In this document: positions 9,666-19,123 of the stretch, in pieces
Layout of the letters: each line of letters opens with the position of its first letter
How positions within the stretch are numbered: the stretch's first letter is position 1
NCBI GenBank assembly: GCA_038209365.1
Contig: JBBQXS010000013.1
Location: 28,959-92,958 of the forward strand
DNA: 64,000 bases
Source: Acidimicrobiia bacterium
Lineage (GTDB): Bacteria; Actinomycetota; Acidimicrobiia; IMCC26256; PALSA-610
Direction of reading: 5' to 3'
Made by a program: the position numbers and the translations under genes
The notes under the pieces: model-generated
The model's database searches: none
The model's input: the letters and a program-made list of their open reading frames with translations, nothing else
Told to the model about the DNA's origin: nothing

Positions 9666-9950
9666 TCATGGGGTGTCCCGCTTCGGGCGTTGCGGTGCGT
9701 GCCCGCGCCATTCCGACTGCGCGCGCATCATGAGTGCGGCCACGATGGCCGCGCCGACCGCGGCGACGACCGTCCCGACGAGTGCCGCGCCGAGCGCCGG
9801 CCCTGCGCACGACGCGACGTCGGCGTGGAAGCCGGGGACCGCTTGGAGGAGGCGCTCGGCGCGAGTCGGTGTATCCGCGCACGACGTCTCGACGAGGCCG
9901 TAGCCGATCAGCCCGCCCAGCATCCCCGAGAGCGCGATACCGAGAAACAT
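9666..9950 (-). CDS. Small membrane protein, hypothetical (94 aa)
   Basis: ATG at 9950. Two hydrophobic segments (MFLGIALSGMLGGLIGYGLV and ALGAALVGTVVAAVGAAIVAALMM). The upstream part of the track ORF overlaps the NUDIX gene antisense. Confidence 0.4.
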   Translation of the reverse strand: MFLGIALSGMLGGLIGYGLVETSCADTPTRAERLLQAVPGFHADVASCAGPALGAALVGTVVAAVGAAIVAALMMRAQSEWRGHAPQRPKRDTP

Positions 9951-10089
9951 GAGTCCCAGCGCACCGCGACGCGGCAGATTGGGATGCTCGGGAGTTTCCG
10001 GAACCACGGCTTCGAATGTACAGACACGCGGCGCCGTCAGCGGAGCCGAGCGCAGCGAACCGGCCAGAAGCACGCGAGACTGTCCGCCG

Positions 10090-10611
10090 ATGACGGTGCG
10101 CGAATGGACGGTCGCCGGCGGTTTGCTGGAAACCCCGCAGGGCGTGCTGCTCGTGCGCAACCAGCGACGTGGCGGTTTCGAGGACTGGAGCACCCCCGGC
10201 GGCGTCATCGACGACGAGGACGCCGACCTGCTCGCGGGGCTCACGCGCGAGGTCGAAGAGGAGACGGGGCTGCGCGTCCACGAGTGGAGCGGGCCGCTGT
10301 ACGAGGTGAGCGCCTACGCACCGGACATGGGTTGGCGCATGCGCTGCGAGGTGCACCTCGCGGTGGCGTTCACGGGCGACGTCACCGTCGATGATCCCGA
10401 CGGGATCGTCGTCGAGGCGGTGTTCGTGCCGCACGACGAATGTCACGACCGTCTCGCGTCGTGCGCACCGTGGGTGCGCGAACCACTTGCCGCATGGCTA
10501 CGAAATCGCTGGGCGCCCGGCGCGGGGATCGGGTTCGACTACGAGGTGCACGGCACGACACGCGACGACATGCGCGTCGTGCGGAGCAGCAACACCCGAA
10601 GTGCCTCCTGA
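10090..10611 (+). CDS. NUDIX hydrolase
   Basis: Nudix box GGVIDDEDADLLAGLTREVEEETGL (GX5EX7REVXEEXGU). ATG at 10090. Confidence 0.8.
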   Translation: MTVREWTVAGGLLETPQGVLLVRNQRRGGFEDWSTPGGVIDDEDADLLAGLTREVEEETGLRVHEWSGPLYEVSAYAPDMGWRMRCEVHLAVAFTGDVTVDDPDGIVVEAVFVPHDECHDRLASCAPWVREPLAAWLRNRWAPGAGIGFDYEVHGTTRDDMRVVRSSNTRSAS

Positions 10612-10612
10612 C

Positions 10613-11821
10613 ATGCGCGCGGACACGCCGATCCTTCATGTCGACCTCGACGCGTTCTTCGCGGCAGTCGAGCAACTCGACGATCCGAGGCTTCGGGGCA
10701 AGCCGGTCGTCGTCGGTGGGCTCGGTCACCGCGGCGTGGTGAGCACCGCCAGCTACGAGGCGCGACCGTACGGAGTGCACTCGGCGATGCCGATGACCCG
10801 TGCCCGAAGCGCGTGTCCGCATGCCGTGTTCCTTTCTCCTCGCATGTCGCGCTACGTCGAAAAGAGTCAGCAGGTCATGGCAATCCTCGGTGATGTCACG
10901 CCGCTCGTCGAGCAGCTCTCGGTAGACGAGGCATTCCTCGACGTCTCGGGCGCGCGCCGTCTCATGGGCGCACCGGTGGACATCGCGGCGCTGGTGCGCC
11001 GGCGCATCCACGAGGGGACAGGACTCACCGCATCGGTCGGTGTCGCGTCGACGAAGTTCCTCGCCAAGCTGGCGAGCGAGCTCGCCAAGCCCGACGGCTT
11101 GCTCGCGGTGCCGGCCGGGGAAGAGCGACCGTTCCTCGCGCCGCTCCCGGTCACACGTCTGTGGGGTGTCGGTCCCGCGACCCTCCGAAAGCTCGATCGA
11201 ATGGCGTTGCGAACGATCGGTGACATCGCCGCGATCGGCGGCGACGTGCTGGAACGGGCACTCGGACCGTCGCTCGGGGCACATCTCCATGCGCTCGCGC
11301 GCAATGAGGATCCGCGCGCGGTCGTCCCCGAGCGTGACGCCAAGTCGATCGGTGCCGAGGAGACGTTCGACGAGGATCTCCGCACTCGGCACGCGTGCGA
11401 GCGTGAGCTCGTGCGGCTCACCGACCGCGTGTGCGCGCGTCTGCGCAGCGCGCACCTGACGACACGGACGATCACGCTGAAGATCCGGTTCGGGGATTTC
11501 GAGACGCGCACACGCGCTCGCACACTGACCGACGCAACGGACGTGAGCACCGTGGTGCTCGAAACCGCGCGGGAGCTGCTCGACGAATTCGACCCGGCGC
11601 GCGGCATCCGTCTGCTCGGTGTGTCCTGTTCGCGTCTCGACGAGGGCGTGTCCGGCGGGCAATCGATGCTCGCGCTCGACGACGACTCGACCATGCAGCA
11701 CGAGCGCACGGAGCGACGCGCTGCCGTCGAGCGGGCCGTCGACGTCGTCCGGGAACGTTTCGGACTGCGCGCCGTCGGACCGGCAACGCTGGTCGAGCCT
11801 GACCGACGGGAGGCCGAATGA
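10613..11821 (+). CDS. dinB: DNA polymerase IV (Y-family)
   Basis: ILHVDLDAFFAAVEQ, SVDEAFLDVS, STKFLAKLAS and other Y-family motifs. ATG at 10613. Confidence 0.9.
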   Translation: MRADTPILHVDLDAFFAAVEQLDDPRLRGKPVVVGGLGHRGVVSTASYEARPYGVHSAMPMTRARSACPHAVFLSPRMSRYVEKSQQVMAILGDVTPLVEQLSVDEAFLDVSGARRLMGAPVDIAALVRRRIHEGTGLTASVGVASTKFLAKLASELAKPDGLLAVPAGEERPFLAPLPVTRLWGVGPATLRKLDRMALRTIGDIAAIGGDVLERALGPSLGAHLHALARNEDPRAVVPERDAKSIGAEETFDEDLRTRHACERELVRLTDRVCARLRSAHLTTRTITLKIRFGDFETRTRARTLTDATDVSTVVLETARELLDEFDPARGIRLLGVSCSRLDEGVSGGQSMLALDDDSTMQHERTERRAAVERAVDVVRERFGLRAVGPATLVEPDRREAE

Positions 11822-12867
11822 TCCGGGTCGGCTTGGTCGGTTGCGGTCATATCGGCACGGTGCATGCGGTGGCGCTCCAGCAGCTCACCGCCGCCGGGCT
11901 CGTCGACGCCGCGCTGACGCAGACTTTCGACGAGGACGGTGCTCGGGCCGCGAAGGTCGCGCACCGCCACGGCGGAGAGCCGGCGCCGACCGTCGAATCG
12001 CTTCTCGATGCCGTCGACGTGGTGTGGGTGTGCACGTGGACCGCGGCGCATCTCGCCACGGTCGAGGCCGCGGCGGTTCGCGGCCTGCCGATCTTCTGCG
12101 AGAAGCCACTGGCGCCCGATCTCGCGTCCGCCGAACGGGTCACGAGCGCGCTCGAACGCGTCCCGCACCAAGTTGGTCTCGTGCTGCGATGGGCGCCCGT
12201 GTTTCGCAACTTCGCGGCGCGCATCGCGTCCGGAGAGTTCGGACGGGTGCTCGCGGCGTCGATGCGAGACGACCAGTACTACCCCATTCAGGGCCTCTAC
12301 GGATCGACCTGGCGCCGCGACGTCGCGTGCGCGGGCGGCGGCACGCTGATCGAGCACTCGATTCACGACATCGATGTGCTGCGCTGGCTGCTCGGCGAGC
12401 CGGCCACGGTGAGTGCGCACACCGCATGTCGGTTCGGGCATCCCGGCATCGAAGACGTGGCCGCCGTCAGATTCTCGTACGCGGACGGCTCCGTTGCGCA
12501 GCTGACGAGCGTCTGGCATCAGGTCCTCTCGCGGGAGTCGAGCCGCCGGCTCGAGGTGTTCTGCGAGAAGGCGTTGCTGTGGACCGACGACGACTACCTC
12601 GGACCGCTCCACGTCCAGACCGACGACGGCACGACGACGGTCGAGGCGCCGGCGCCGGAATGGACTGCGCTGCTCACCGTGCCGGAGGTCTATGCCAAGG
12701 CGCTGGCGCAGTATGCCGAACCGTCGAAGGCGTTTCTCGACGCGCTGGCGGCGGACCGATCACCGGCCGGCTCTCCGCGGGGCGCCGACGCCCTCGCCGC
12801 GCATCGCCTCGTCGATGCCGCGTACCGATCGGCGGCATCGGGCGGCGTGCCGCGACCGGCCTGCTGA
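11818..12867 (+). CDS. Gfo/Idh/MocA family oxidoreductase
   Basis: N-terminal Rossmann motif IRVGLVGCGHIG. The ATGA overlaps the dinB stop. Confidence 0.8.
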   Translation: MIRVGLVGCGHIGTVHAVALQQLTAAGLVDAALTQTFDEDGARAAKVAHRHGGEPAPTVESLLDAVDVVWVCTWTAAHLATVEAAAVRGLPIFCEKPLAPDLASAERVTSALERVPHQVGLVLRWAPVFRNFAARIASGEFGRVLAASMRDDQYYPIQGLYGSTWRRDVACAGGGTLIEHSIHDIDVLRWLLGEPATVSAHTACRFGHPGIEDVAAVRFSYADGSVAQLTSVWHQVLSRESSRRLEVFCEKALLWTDDDYLGPLHVQTDDGTTTVEAPAPEWTALLTVPEVYAKALAQYAEPSKAFLDALAADRSPAGSPRGADALAAHRLVDAAYRSAASGGVPRPAC

Positions 12868-12924
12868 GCGCAAAACGGACCGCCGCGTTGGTTGGCCCCT
12901 CGCGGCTGCGCGAGAATGTCCTCC

Positions 12925-13305
12925 ATGCCGCTCTCGGACGAAGAGCAGAAGATCCTCCGGGAGATCGAGGCGCAGCTCAACGCGACCGATCCCGGTCTCG
13001 TGGAGCAGGTGTCGCGCACGACGCTCTATCGGCATTCGGCCCGCGTGATTCGATGGGCCGCATTCGGTCTGCTCGGCGGCTTGCTGTTGCTCGTGTTCAC
13101 GTTCGCATCGAGCGTGTGGGTCGGTGCAATCGGTTTTGCAGTGATGCTCGCGTGCTCGCTGGTCATCGAGCGGCACGTGCGCAAGCTCGGCCGCGCCGGT
13201 CTCGAAACGCTGACCGGTGGTTGGCGCGCGAGTGGCGGGCTCCGCGGTGTGTTCGGTGAGCGCGGTCGCCAGTGGCGCGAGCGCTTTCGACGCGACGACT
13301 CCTGA
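12925..13305 (+). CDS. DUF3040-like membrane protein
   Basis: MPLSDEEQKILREIEAQL N-terminus followed by two TM helices. Alternative ATG starts at 12916 and 12892. Confidence 0.6.
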   Translation: MPLSDEEQKILREIEAQLNATDPGLVEQVSRTTLYRHSARVIRWAAFGLLGGLLLLVFTFASSVWVGAIGFAVMLACSLVIERHVRKLGRAGLETLTGGWRASGGLRGVFGERGRQWRERFRRDDS

Positions 13306-13308
13306 AAG

Positions 13309-13737
13309 GTGTCGTACACCGTCGCGCAAGCGGCGCGGCTCGCAGGTTGCACCGCCTCGCAGGTGCGTCATTGGTCGCGGTCGGATTTGGTGATCGCGTC
13401 GCTCGACAACGGTCGCTACGGATTCCGTGATCTCGTGTCGTTGCGGGTGGTGCGGTCATTGCTCGATGCCGGTCTGCCCTCGGCGCGTGTGCGCGCGGCG
13501 GTCCTGGCGCTGCGGGAGCTCGGTGACGGCGACCTCGCGGGTCTGCGTCTCATCACCGACGGACGGAACGTGTGGTCGTGCCGGGACGACGGGCAGATCC
13601 TCGATGCGCTACGACACGGGCAGCTCGCGCTGTTCGTCGCGGTGGACCGGGTCGCGGCCGACGTCGACACCGAGATCCGCGCGTTCCAGGCCGAGAAGGC
13701 CGCGTTCGTCGACGGTCTCGTGCGCCCGGCGCCGTAG
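13309..13737 (+). CDS. MerR family transcriptional regulator
   Basis: N-terminal HTH YTVAQAARLAGCTASQVRHW. GTG start 4 nt after the DUF3040 stop. Confidence 0.7.
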   Translation: MSYTVAQAARLAGCTASQVRHWSRSDLVIASLDNGRYGFRDLVSLRVVRSLLDAGLPSARVRAAVLALRELGDGDLAGLRLITDGRNVWSCRDDGQILDALRHGQLALFVAVDRVAADVDTEIRAFQAEKAAFVDGLVRPAP

Positions 13738-16032
13738 TCAGCCGGAGGCGCCGGCGCCGGCCACGCCACGGTTGCGACGGTCGGGACGGTCTCGGCGGCG
13801 GAGCCGTAGTCGCGTGACCCAGCGCTCGCTGCGCGTCACGTTCCGGCGGAGAGCCGCGTCGATCGCGTCGACGTGTCGCCACGCGGCGTCGGCATCTGCT
13901 CCGGAGGGCGGGTCGGCGGCGAACATCGCCGCGGTGTGCAGCCGCGCGAGGTCCATCAACGGCGGGCCGGCACCACCTGCACCATGCGCGGGCGCGTGCC
14001 GCAGCGCGAACTCGATCGACGTCGCGGCGGGACGCGGTTGCACGCCCGCGGCGGCGAGACGTTCGAGCGCTTCGGTCCATGCCCCGAGCACACGACGGCG
14101 GGCATCCACCGCGTCACGCCGTCGTCGTGTTCGCCGCAGCGCCGCGACCAGGAGGGCGAGCAACCCGCCCGCGATGACGAGAAACGCGCCCCCGACGGCC
14201 GCGGTGAACGCGAGAAGCACGCGCGCGCCGGTCTTCCCGCCTCCGGTCGACTTCGACGCGGGCGGGTCCACTTGAATGCGGTCGGGGAGCAACCGTGCCT
14301 GGGTGTTTCCCGTTCGGGGAACGCTCGTTGCACTCGACGGCGTCGAGGTCGGCGTCGTCGCGGTCGGCGTCGTCGTCGAGGTTCGATCATCCCGGCCGCG
14401 CTGCGTCGTCGGATTGAACTGGTTCTTGGTGGGCTCGAACGCGTACCAGCCGACCTCACGGCCAAGCCAGACCTCGGGCCACGCGTGTGCGTCGTCGCCC
14501 ATGACGTGGAACTTGTTGTCGTTGGGATCGAGCGCGCTCGTGTGGTAGCCGACCGCGACACGTGCCGGCAGCCCGACCGCGCGCGCCATCTCCGCGAACG
14601 CGAGCGCGAACTGCTCACAGAAGCCGCGACGCTTCGTGAGGACGAATTCCTGCAGGGCGCGCGGCGAGCTGCCGTAGTCGACTTCCTTGTCGTACCGGAA
14701 AAGGTCACTCTGGAAGAACTGCTCGAGCGCGACGGCCTTGTCGTACGGCGCCGCTGCGTTCTGCGTCAGCACCTTCGCGTATTTGCGAATCTCGTCCGGG
14801 AAGTTGCCCGGAAGCCTCGCCTGGTCGGACTTCGCTGCGAGATCCCCGAACGACACCGCGCGCAACTGCTCGTCCGACGGCGTGCGGACTTCGGACTCGA
14901 CCGTGTACGTCAGGCCTTGAATCGATCGGTTCGTCAAGATCAGGCTCAACGACGCCGGCAGCATCGCGCTGTCGGGGAGATCGATACGGAACGGGCGGTA
15001 CGCCGCGGGCAGCCAATACGGGTCCTCGGCGCCGGTCATGTGGATCGTCTGCGTCACGTGCGTCGGGCCTTCGGGCGTGCTCGGCGGTGGGAGCGAGCCG
15101 GCCGAGCGCTGGTCGCCGTGGTTGCGTTGGTACCCCCAGTTGCCGTCCGCTCCCAGGTCGTCGAGGCCGACGAGCCGCCAGTAGTAGGACTTGTCGTTGC
15201 TTGTCTCGACGACGAACATCTCCTTGTTCGCGTCACGGTTGAGCTTCGAGCGGAGCGTGAGCAATGGTGACGGCGTCGAGAGCACGCTCGATCCCGATCC
15301 CTTGCCCAGATTGCGATAGTTGATCCACGCGGCGCCGCGGGCCCCCGGGAACGTCGGGCCGAGGGCAATCGCGAACGCGATCACCATCGCGCCCGCAGCA
15401 ACGCCTCCCATCGCGGCTTGCGACCGGCGACTGCGCGGCGCTTGGAACCATGTCCGGCGCGCGGTCGCCTCGGCGTGTTGCAGTGCCACGAGGTACGCGA
15501 CGACGACGAGCGCGTAGCACGCCGTGGTCGGTGCCCAGCGGCCCGAACCGAGCGCCGCGATCGCGACGTACAACGCGATGCTCGGGCCGAGCGCGCCGAT
15601 CGGCGCATCGAGTCGGCGCGCGATGACCTCTGTCGCGGCCGCGGCGACGAATACCGCGACGAACGAGAGCAACAGCGCGGCGCCGACCGGGCCGACGGGC
15701 ACCGTTGCCGAGCGCAACGTGTGCGGCGCGCTCGCGAGATCGTGTCCGAAGTGCGAAAGCGCGGCCGCGCTCGGGATCCCGGCAAAGGTCTCCGACGGAT
15801 CATCGACGATCACCGCCAACCATGTGCCGACCGCGACCGACACGGCGGGGGCCGTCAGCAGATGCCAGCGACGATGGTGCGCGAACGCAAAGATCAACGC
15901 CGGAACGACGGCGGCGAGGACCATCGCGCCGACCCAGGACCCGCCCGCCAAGACGCGGGCGAGGCCGAGGGCGGCCGCGAGGGTCAGGCCGGCGCGGCTG
16001 ACTGCGACGAAAGGGGACTGCTGCGCTGCCAT
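13738..16032 (-). CDS. Transglutaminase-like membrane protein (TgpA-like: polytopic N-terminus, TGase core, DUF4129-like tail)
   Basis: Cys-His-Asp core: RRGFCEQFALAFAEMARAVGLPARVAVGY...DDAHAWPEVWL...GWYAFEPT. ATG at 16032. The upstream part of the track ORF is Arg-rich junk. Confidence 0.85.
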   Translation of the reverse strand: MAAQQSPFVAVSRAGLTLAAALGLARVLAGGSWVGAMVLAAVVPALIFAFAHHRRWHLLTAPAVSVAVGTWLAVIVDDPSETFAGIPSAAALSHFGHDLASAPHTLRSATVPVGPVGAALLLSFVAVFVAAAATEVIARRLDAPIGALGPSIALYVAIAALGSGRWAPTTACYALVVVAYLVALQHAEATARRTWFQAPRSRRSQAAMGGVAAGAMVIAFAIALGPTFPGARGAAWINYRNLGKGSGSSVLSTPSPLLTLRSKLNRDANKEMFVVETSNDKSYYWRLVGLDDLGADGNWGYQRNHGDQRSAGSLPPPSTPEGPTHVTQTIHMTGAEDPYWLPAAYRPFRIDLPDSAMLPASLSLILTNRSIQGLTYTVESEVRTPSDEQLRAVSFGDLAAKSDQARLPGNFPDEIRKYAKVLTQNAAAPYDKAVALEQFFQSDLFRYDKEVDYGSSPRALQEFVLTKRRGFCEQFALAFAEMARAVGLPARVAVGYHTSALDPNDNKFHVMGDDAHAWPEVWLGREVGWYAFEPTKNQFNPTTQRGRDDRTSTTTPTATTPTSTPSSATSVPRTGNTQARLLPDRIQVDPPASKSTGGGKTGARVLLAFTAAVGGAFLVIAGGLLALLVAALRRTRRRRDAVDARRRVLGAWTEALERLAAAGVQPRPAATSIEFALRHAPAHGAGGAGPPLMDLARLHTAAMFAADPPSGADADAAWRHVDAIDAALRRNVTRSERWVTRLRLRRRDRPDRRNRGVAGAGASG

Positions 16033-17174
16033 CGCAGCACGGCCTCGTTCCACGATTGGAGGAAGGGACGGTCGGGATCGTCGCGGACGACGAAGAGGCG
16101 GAAGCGCCGCGATCGCGGCACGACCGCCGAGCGCGTGGTGTTCGTGATGACGGTGAGAAGTGTGCCGCCGTCTCGCACCAGCACCCCGAGGGCGCCGGCG
16201 TCGTACGCCTGCAGGCTGCCCGTCACCGCGATCAGGGCGCTGGTGCGACGTCGAGTGGTGACGACGACCATGCGCTCGGGACCGTGGGGTTGCACGATCG
16301 CGAGCTCGTCCATGACGGTCGCGAGATGACGGCGTCCCGGCGTGCCGATCAGTGTGCCGGTGCTCCAGACGACGTCGAACGGCCTGCCCATGTGGTGCAG
16401 CGCCGTCGCGATCGACGCGCACGCCTCGACCGCGCGCTCGAACGTGGCACGGTCGTGCGCGCCGGGCCGCACGTCGAGCATCAACAGCACCGGCGCGCGG
16501 CGCCGGGTCTCGTTCTGGCGCATCATCAGGTGCCCGCGCCGTGCCGTCGACCGCCAGTGCACGTGGCGGAGGTCGTCGCCGGGCGCGTACTCGCGAAGCG
16601 TCATGAACTCACCTGTCGGTTCGACGCGGCTCCGGACGTGGGGATGGTCGCGGTCGAGGTCGAGACCTCCGATCTCGGGTGGTGCGACGATGTCGTGCAC
16701 CCGCGGATAGACGATCACTTCCTCGGCGGCGAGCACGCGTCGCGTGGTGCCGACGAGCCCGAACGGATCGGTCAGCGAGGCCCGGAGCGGCCCCACTTCG
16801 TAGCGTCCCCGACGGTCGGTGGGGAACCGATACGCGGCGCGCGCCTCTTCACCGGCACCGAGCGGCGCGAGGAGGATGCGCGCCGCCCGCCGGCCCCGAT
16901 CGAAGGCGTCGGCAACCGCCAGCGTCGTGGTGCGGTGTGCGCCGGCGCGGACGAGGATGTCGACGCGTCCGTCGACGCCGACCTGCAGGCGCTCCTTGAG
17001 ATCGCGTTGGGCGGTCAACGTCGGGGGGTGCGCGCGGACCCAGATGTACGCGACGACGACGAGCAGCGCGGCCGCGATGCCGAGCACGGCGAGCTGGACG
17101 AGCCCGAGCAGCCGCGAACCGACGTACAAGCCGGCCGCGGCTCCGATCAAAGACCACCCTCGGCGCGTGAGCAT
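15984..17174 (-). CDS. DUF58 domain protein
   Basis: N-terminal TM pair. REYAPGDDLRHVHWRSTAR motif typical of DUF58. ATG at 17174. Overlaps the TGase start by 49 nt. Confidence 0.85.
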   Translation of the reverse strand: MLTRRGWSLIGAAAGLYVGSRLLGLVQLAVLGIAAALLVVVAYIWVRAHPPTLTAQRDLKERLQVGVDGRVDILVRAGAHRTTTLAVADAFDRGRRAARILLAPLGAGEEARAAYRFPTDRRGRYEVGPLRASLTDPFGLVGTTRRVLAAEEVIVYPRVHDIVAPPEIGGLDLDRDHPHVRSRVEPTGEFMTLREYAPGDDLRHVHWRSTARRGHLMMRQNETRRRAPVLLMLDVRPGAHDRATFERAVEACASIATALHHMGRPFDVVWSTGTLIGTPGRRHLATVMDELAIVQPHGPERMVVVTTRRRTSALIAVTGSLQAYDAGALGVLVRDGGTLLTVITNTTRSAVVPRSRRFRLFVVRDDPDRPFLQSWNEAVLRWQRSSPLSSQSAAPA

Positions 17175-17185
17175 GTCCGGCGCGG

Positions 17186-18157
17186 CTACCCGGCGCGGGT
17201 CGCCGGGACCGGAATCGTGTCGAGGATCGACGCGAGCACGTCGGACGGATCGACCCCGCGCATCATCGCCTCGGGCGACAGGATGAGGCGGTGCTCGAGG
17301 ACCGAGGCCGCGAGCACCTTGAGGTCGTCGGGAACGACGTACGCACGGCCGATGCTCGCCGCGAGCGCACGCGATGCGCGCTGCAACGCGAGCGCGCCGC
17401 GCGGGCTGACCCCGAGCATCAGGTCCCGGTGGTGACGGGTCGCCTCGACGATGTCGACGATGTAACCGTGCAGCTCGGGCGAGACGTGAATGCGCCCGAG
17501 CTCGCGTGTCCACCCCGCGATCGTCTCGGCGTCGGTGACTGGATCGAGCTCCTCCGCGGTGGTCGCGTCGACGCCTTGGGAGTCGAGGATCGCGATCTCG
17601 GCGTCACGGTCGGGGTAGCCGATGCGCAGGCGCAACAAGAAGCGGTCCAGCTGCGCTTCGGGCAACGGGTAGGTGCCTTCGAGCTCGACCGGGTTCTGCG
17701 TCGCGATGACCAGGAACGGTCGCGGCAACATGTACGTCTGCGCGTCGACCGTGACCTGCCGTTCTTCCATCGACTCCAGCAGCGCCGACTGGGTCTTCGG
17801 TGAGGCGCGGTTGATCTCGTCGGCGAGCACGACGTTCGCGAACACGCCGCCCGGCCGGAACTCGAAGTCGCCGCGCGCGCGGTCCCATACCGACACACCG
17901 GTCACGTCCGAGGGCAAGAGGTCGGGGGTGAACTGCACCCGCCGCCAGGAGCCGCCGATCGAGCGCGCGATCGCCTTGGCGAGTGACGTCTTGCCGACAC
18001 CGGGAACGTCTTCGATCAGAAGATGACCTTCGGAGAACAGGCACACCAAGGACAGGTGCACGGCGCGGCGCTTGCCGCGCAGGACGCGCTCGAGCTGGGC
18101 CGCGAGCGTGTCGAAGAGGTCCTTGAAGGAATGCTCCGGGCGAGGCGCCGCTTGCAC
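17186..18157 (-). CDS. MoxR-family AAA+ ATPase
   Basis: Walker A EDVPGVGKT, Walker B VVLADEINRA, ATQNPVE, and the DRF motif. Confidence 0.9.
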   Translation of the reverse strand: MQAAPRPEHSFKDLFDTLAAQLERVLRGKRRAVHLSLVCLFSEGHLLIEDVPGVGKTSLAKAIARSIGGSWRRVQFTPDLLPSDVTGVSVWDRARGDFEFRPGGVFANVVLADEINRASPKTQSALLESMEERQVTVDAQTYMLPRPFLVIATQNPVELEGTYPLPEAQLDRFLLRLRIGYPDRDAEIAILDSQGVDATTAEELDPVTDAETIAGWTRELGRIHVSPELHGYIVDIVEATRHHRDLMLGVSPRGALALQRASRALAASIGRAYVVPDDLKVLAASVLEHRLILSPEAMMRGVDPSDVLASILDTIPVPATRAG

Positions 18158-18280
18158 GAGATCGACCTCCGGAGGGGCGCGGCCCTTGCACGTCGAACCG
18201 TCGCCCGCCCCCGGGACAACGGCTCTTCGGGCGCCACGCTACCGTGCTCCGCCGTGGGCGCTCCTCGCGGCGACGGAGCC

Positions 18281-18559
18281 ATGACGTACGGCGCCACCTT
18301 TTGGTTCCACGTCGTCGGCGATCTTGTTCGACGCCCCCGCCTCTGGTGGACCGCAGGCCGCCAGCTCCAGCGCATGGTCGCGCCTCGATGGTGGTCGCGC
18401 CGGCCGTTCCTGCCGCTTCCGGACGCGACCTACGTGCGCTACCGCATGGAGACCGCGTACGGCGCCCACGCCGTGCCGCACGCCGCTGACGTCATCACGT
18501 ATCTCGAATGGTGTCGTGCAGGTGAACACGCGGCGCCGCGCCGTGCCGCCCGGCACTGA
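18281..18559 (+). CDS. Hypothetical protein (92 aa, Trp/Arg-rich)
   Basis: ATG at 18281 within track ORF 18023..18559. No family recognised. Confidence 0.4.
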   Translation: MTYGATFWFHVVGDLVRRPRLWWTAGRQLQRMVAPRWWSRRPFLPLPDATYVRYRMETAYGAHAVPHAADVITYLEWCRAGEHAAPRRAARH

Positions 18560-18601
18560 CGGACGGCGCCGGTACACTGCCCGCACCGGAGGTGATCACG
18601 C

Positions 18602-19111
18602 GTGGCCCGGGCGCTCCTGCTCAATGCCAGCTTTGAGCCGTTGTGTGTCGTGCCGGCCCGGCGCGCCGTCGTGCTCGTCCTCAAGGAGAAGGCCGAGATC
18701 GTCCACCGCAACGGTGCCGAGTTCCGCTCCGAGCGACGCACTGTGCCGGTGCCGGCGGTGATCCGTCTCGTGCACTTCGTACGCGTTCCGTTCCGAGCTA
18801 CCGCGCCGCTGTCCCGGCGCGCGGTCTTCGCGCGTGACGCGCACCGCTGCCAGTACTGCGGGGGATCGGCCGAGAACCTCGACCACGTGCTGCCGCGGTC
18901 GCGCTGCGGACCGCACACGTGGGAGAACGTGGTGGCGTCGTGCCGCGCGTGCAACGCCCGCAAGGAGGACCGCCTGCCGGGGGAGTGCGGGATGACGCTG
19001 CGCCGCACCCCGGTCGCGCCCCACGCGACACGATCCCTGATCGTCTCCGCCGGCCCGATCGACCCGACCTGGCACGAGTATCTCGGCAGCGAGGAAGCGG
19101 TCTCGGCCTGA
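18602..19111 (+). CDS. HNH endonuclease domain protein
   Basis: CQYCGG...LDHVLPRS...WENVVASCRACNARK (HNH with two CxxC pairs). Confidence 0.8.
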   Translation: MARALLLNASFEPLCVVPARRAVVLVLKEKAEIVHRNGAEFRSERRTVPVPAVIRLVHFVRVPFRATAPLSRRAVFARDAHRCQYCGGSAENLDHVLPRSRCGPHTWENVVASCRACNARKEDRLPGECGMTLRRTPVAPHATRSLIVSAGPIDPTWHEYLGSEEAVSA

Positions 19112-19123
19112 AGCGCGCCGCCG

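Noticed and set aside
18602-19111. HNH endonuclease gene as a marker of a mobile element, homing endonuclease or defence island.
   Set aside because: There are no flanking repeats, integrase, restriction-modification genes or other defence genes. It is a small stand-alone HNH protein embedded among conserved housekeeping genes, with GC content and codon usage like its neighbours.
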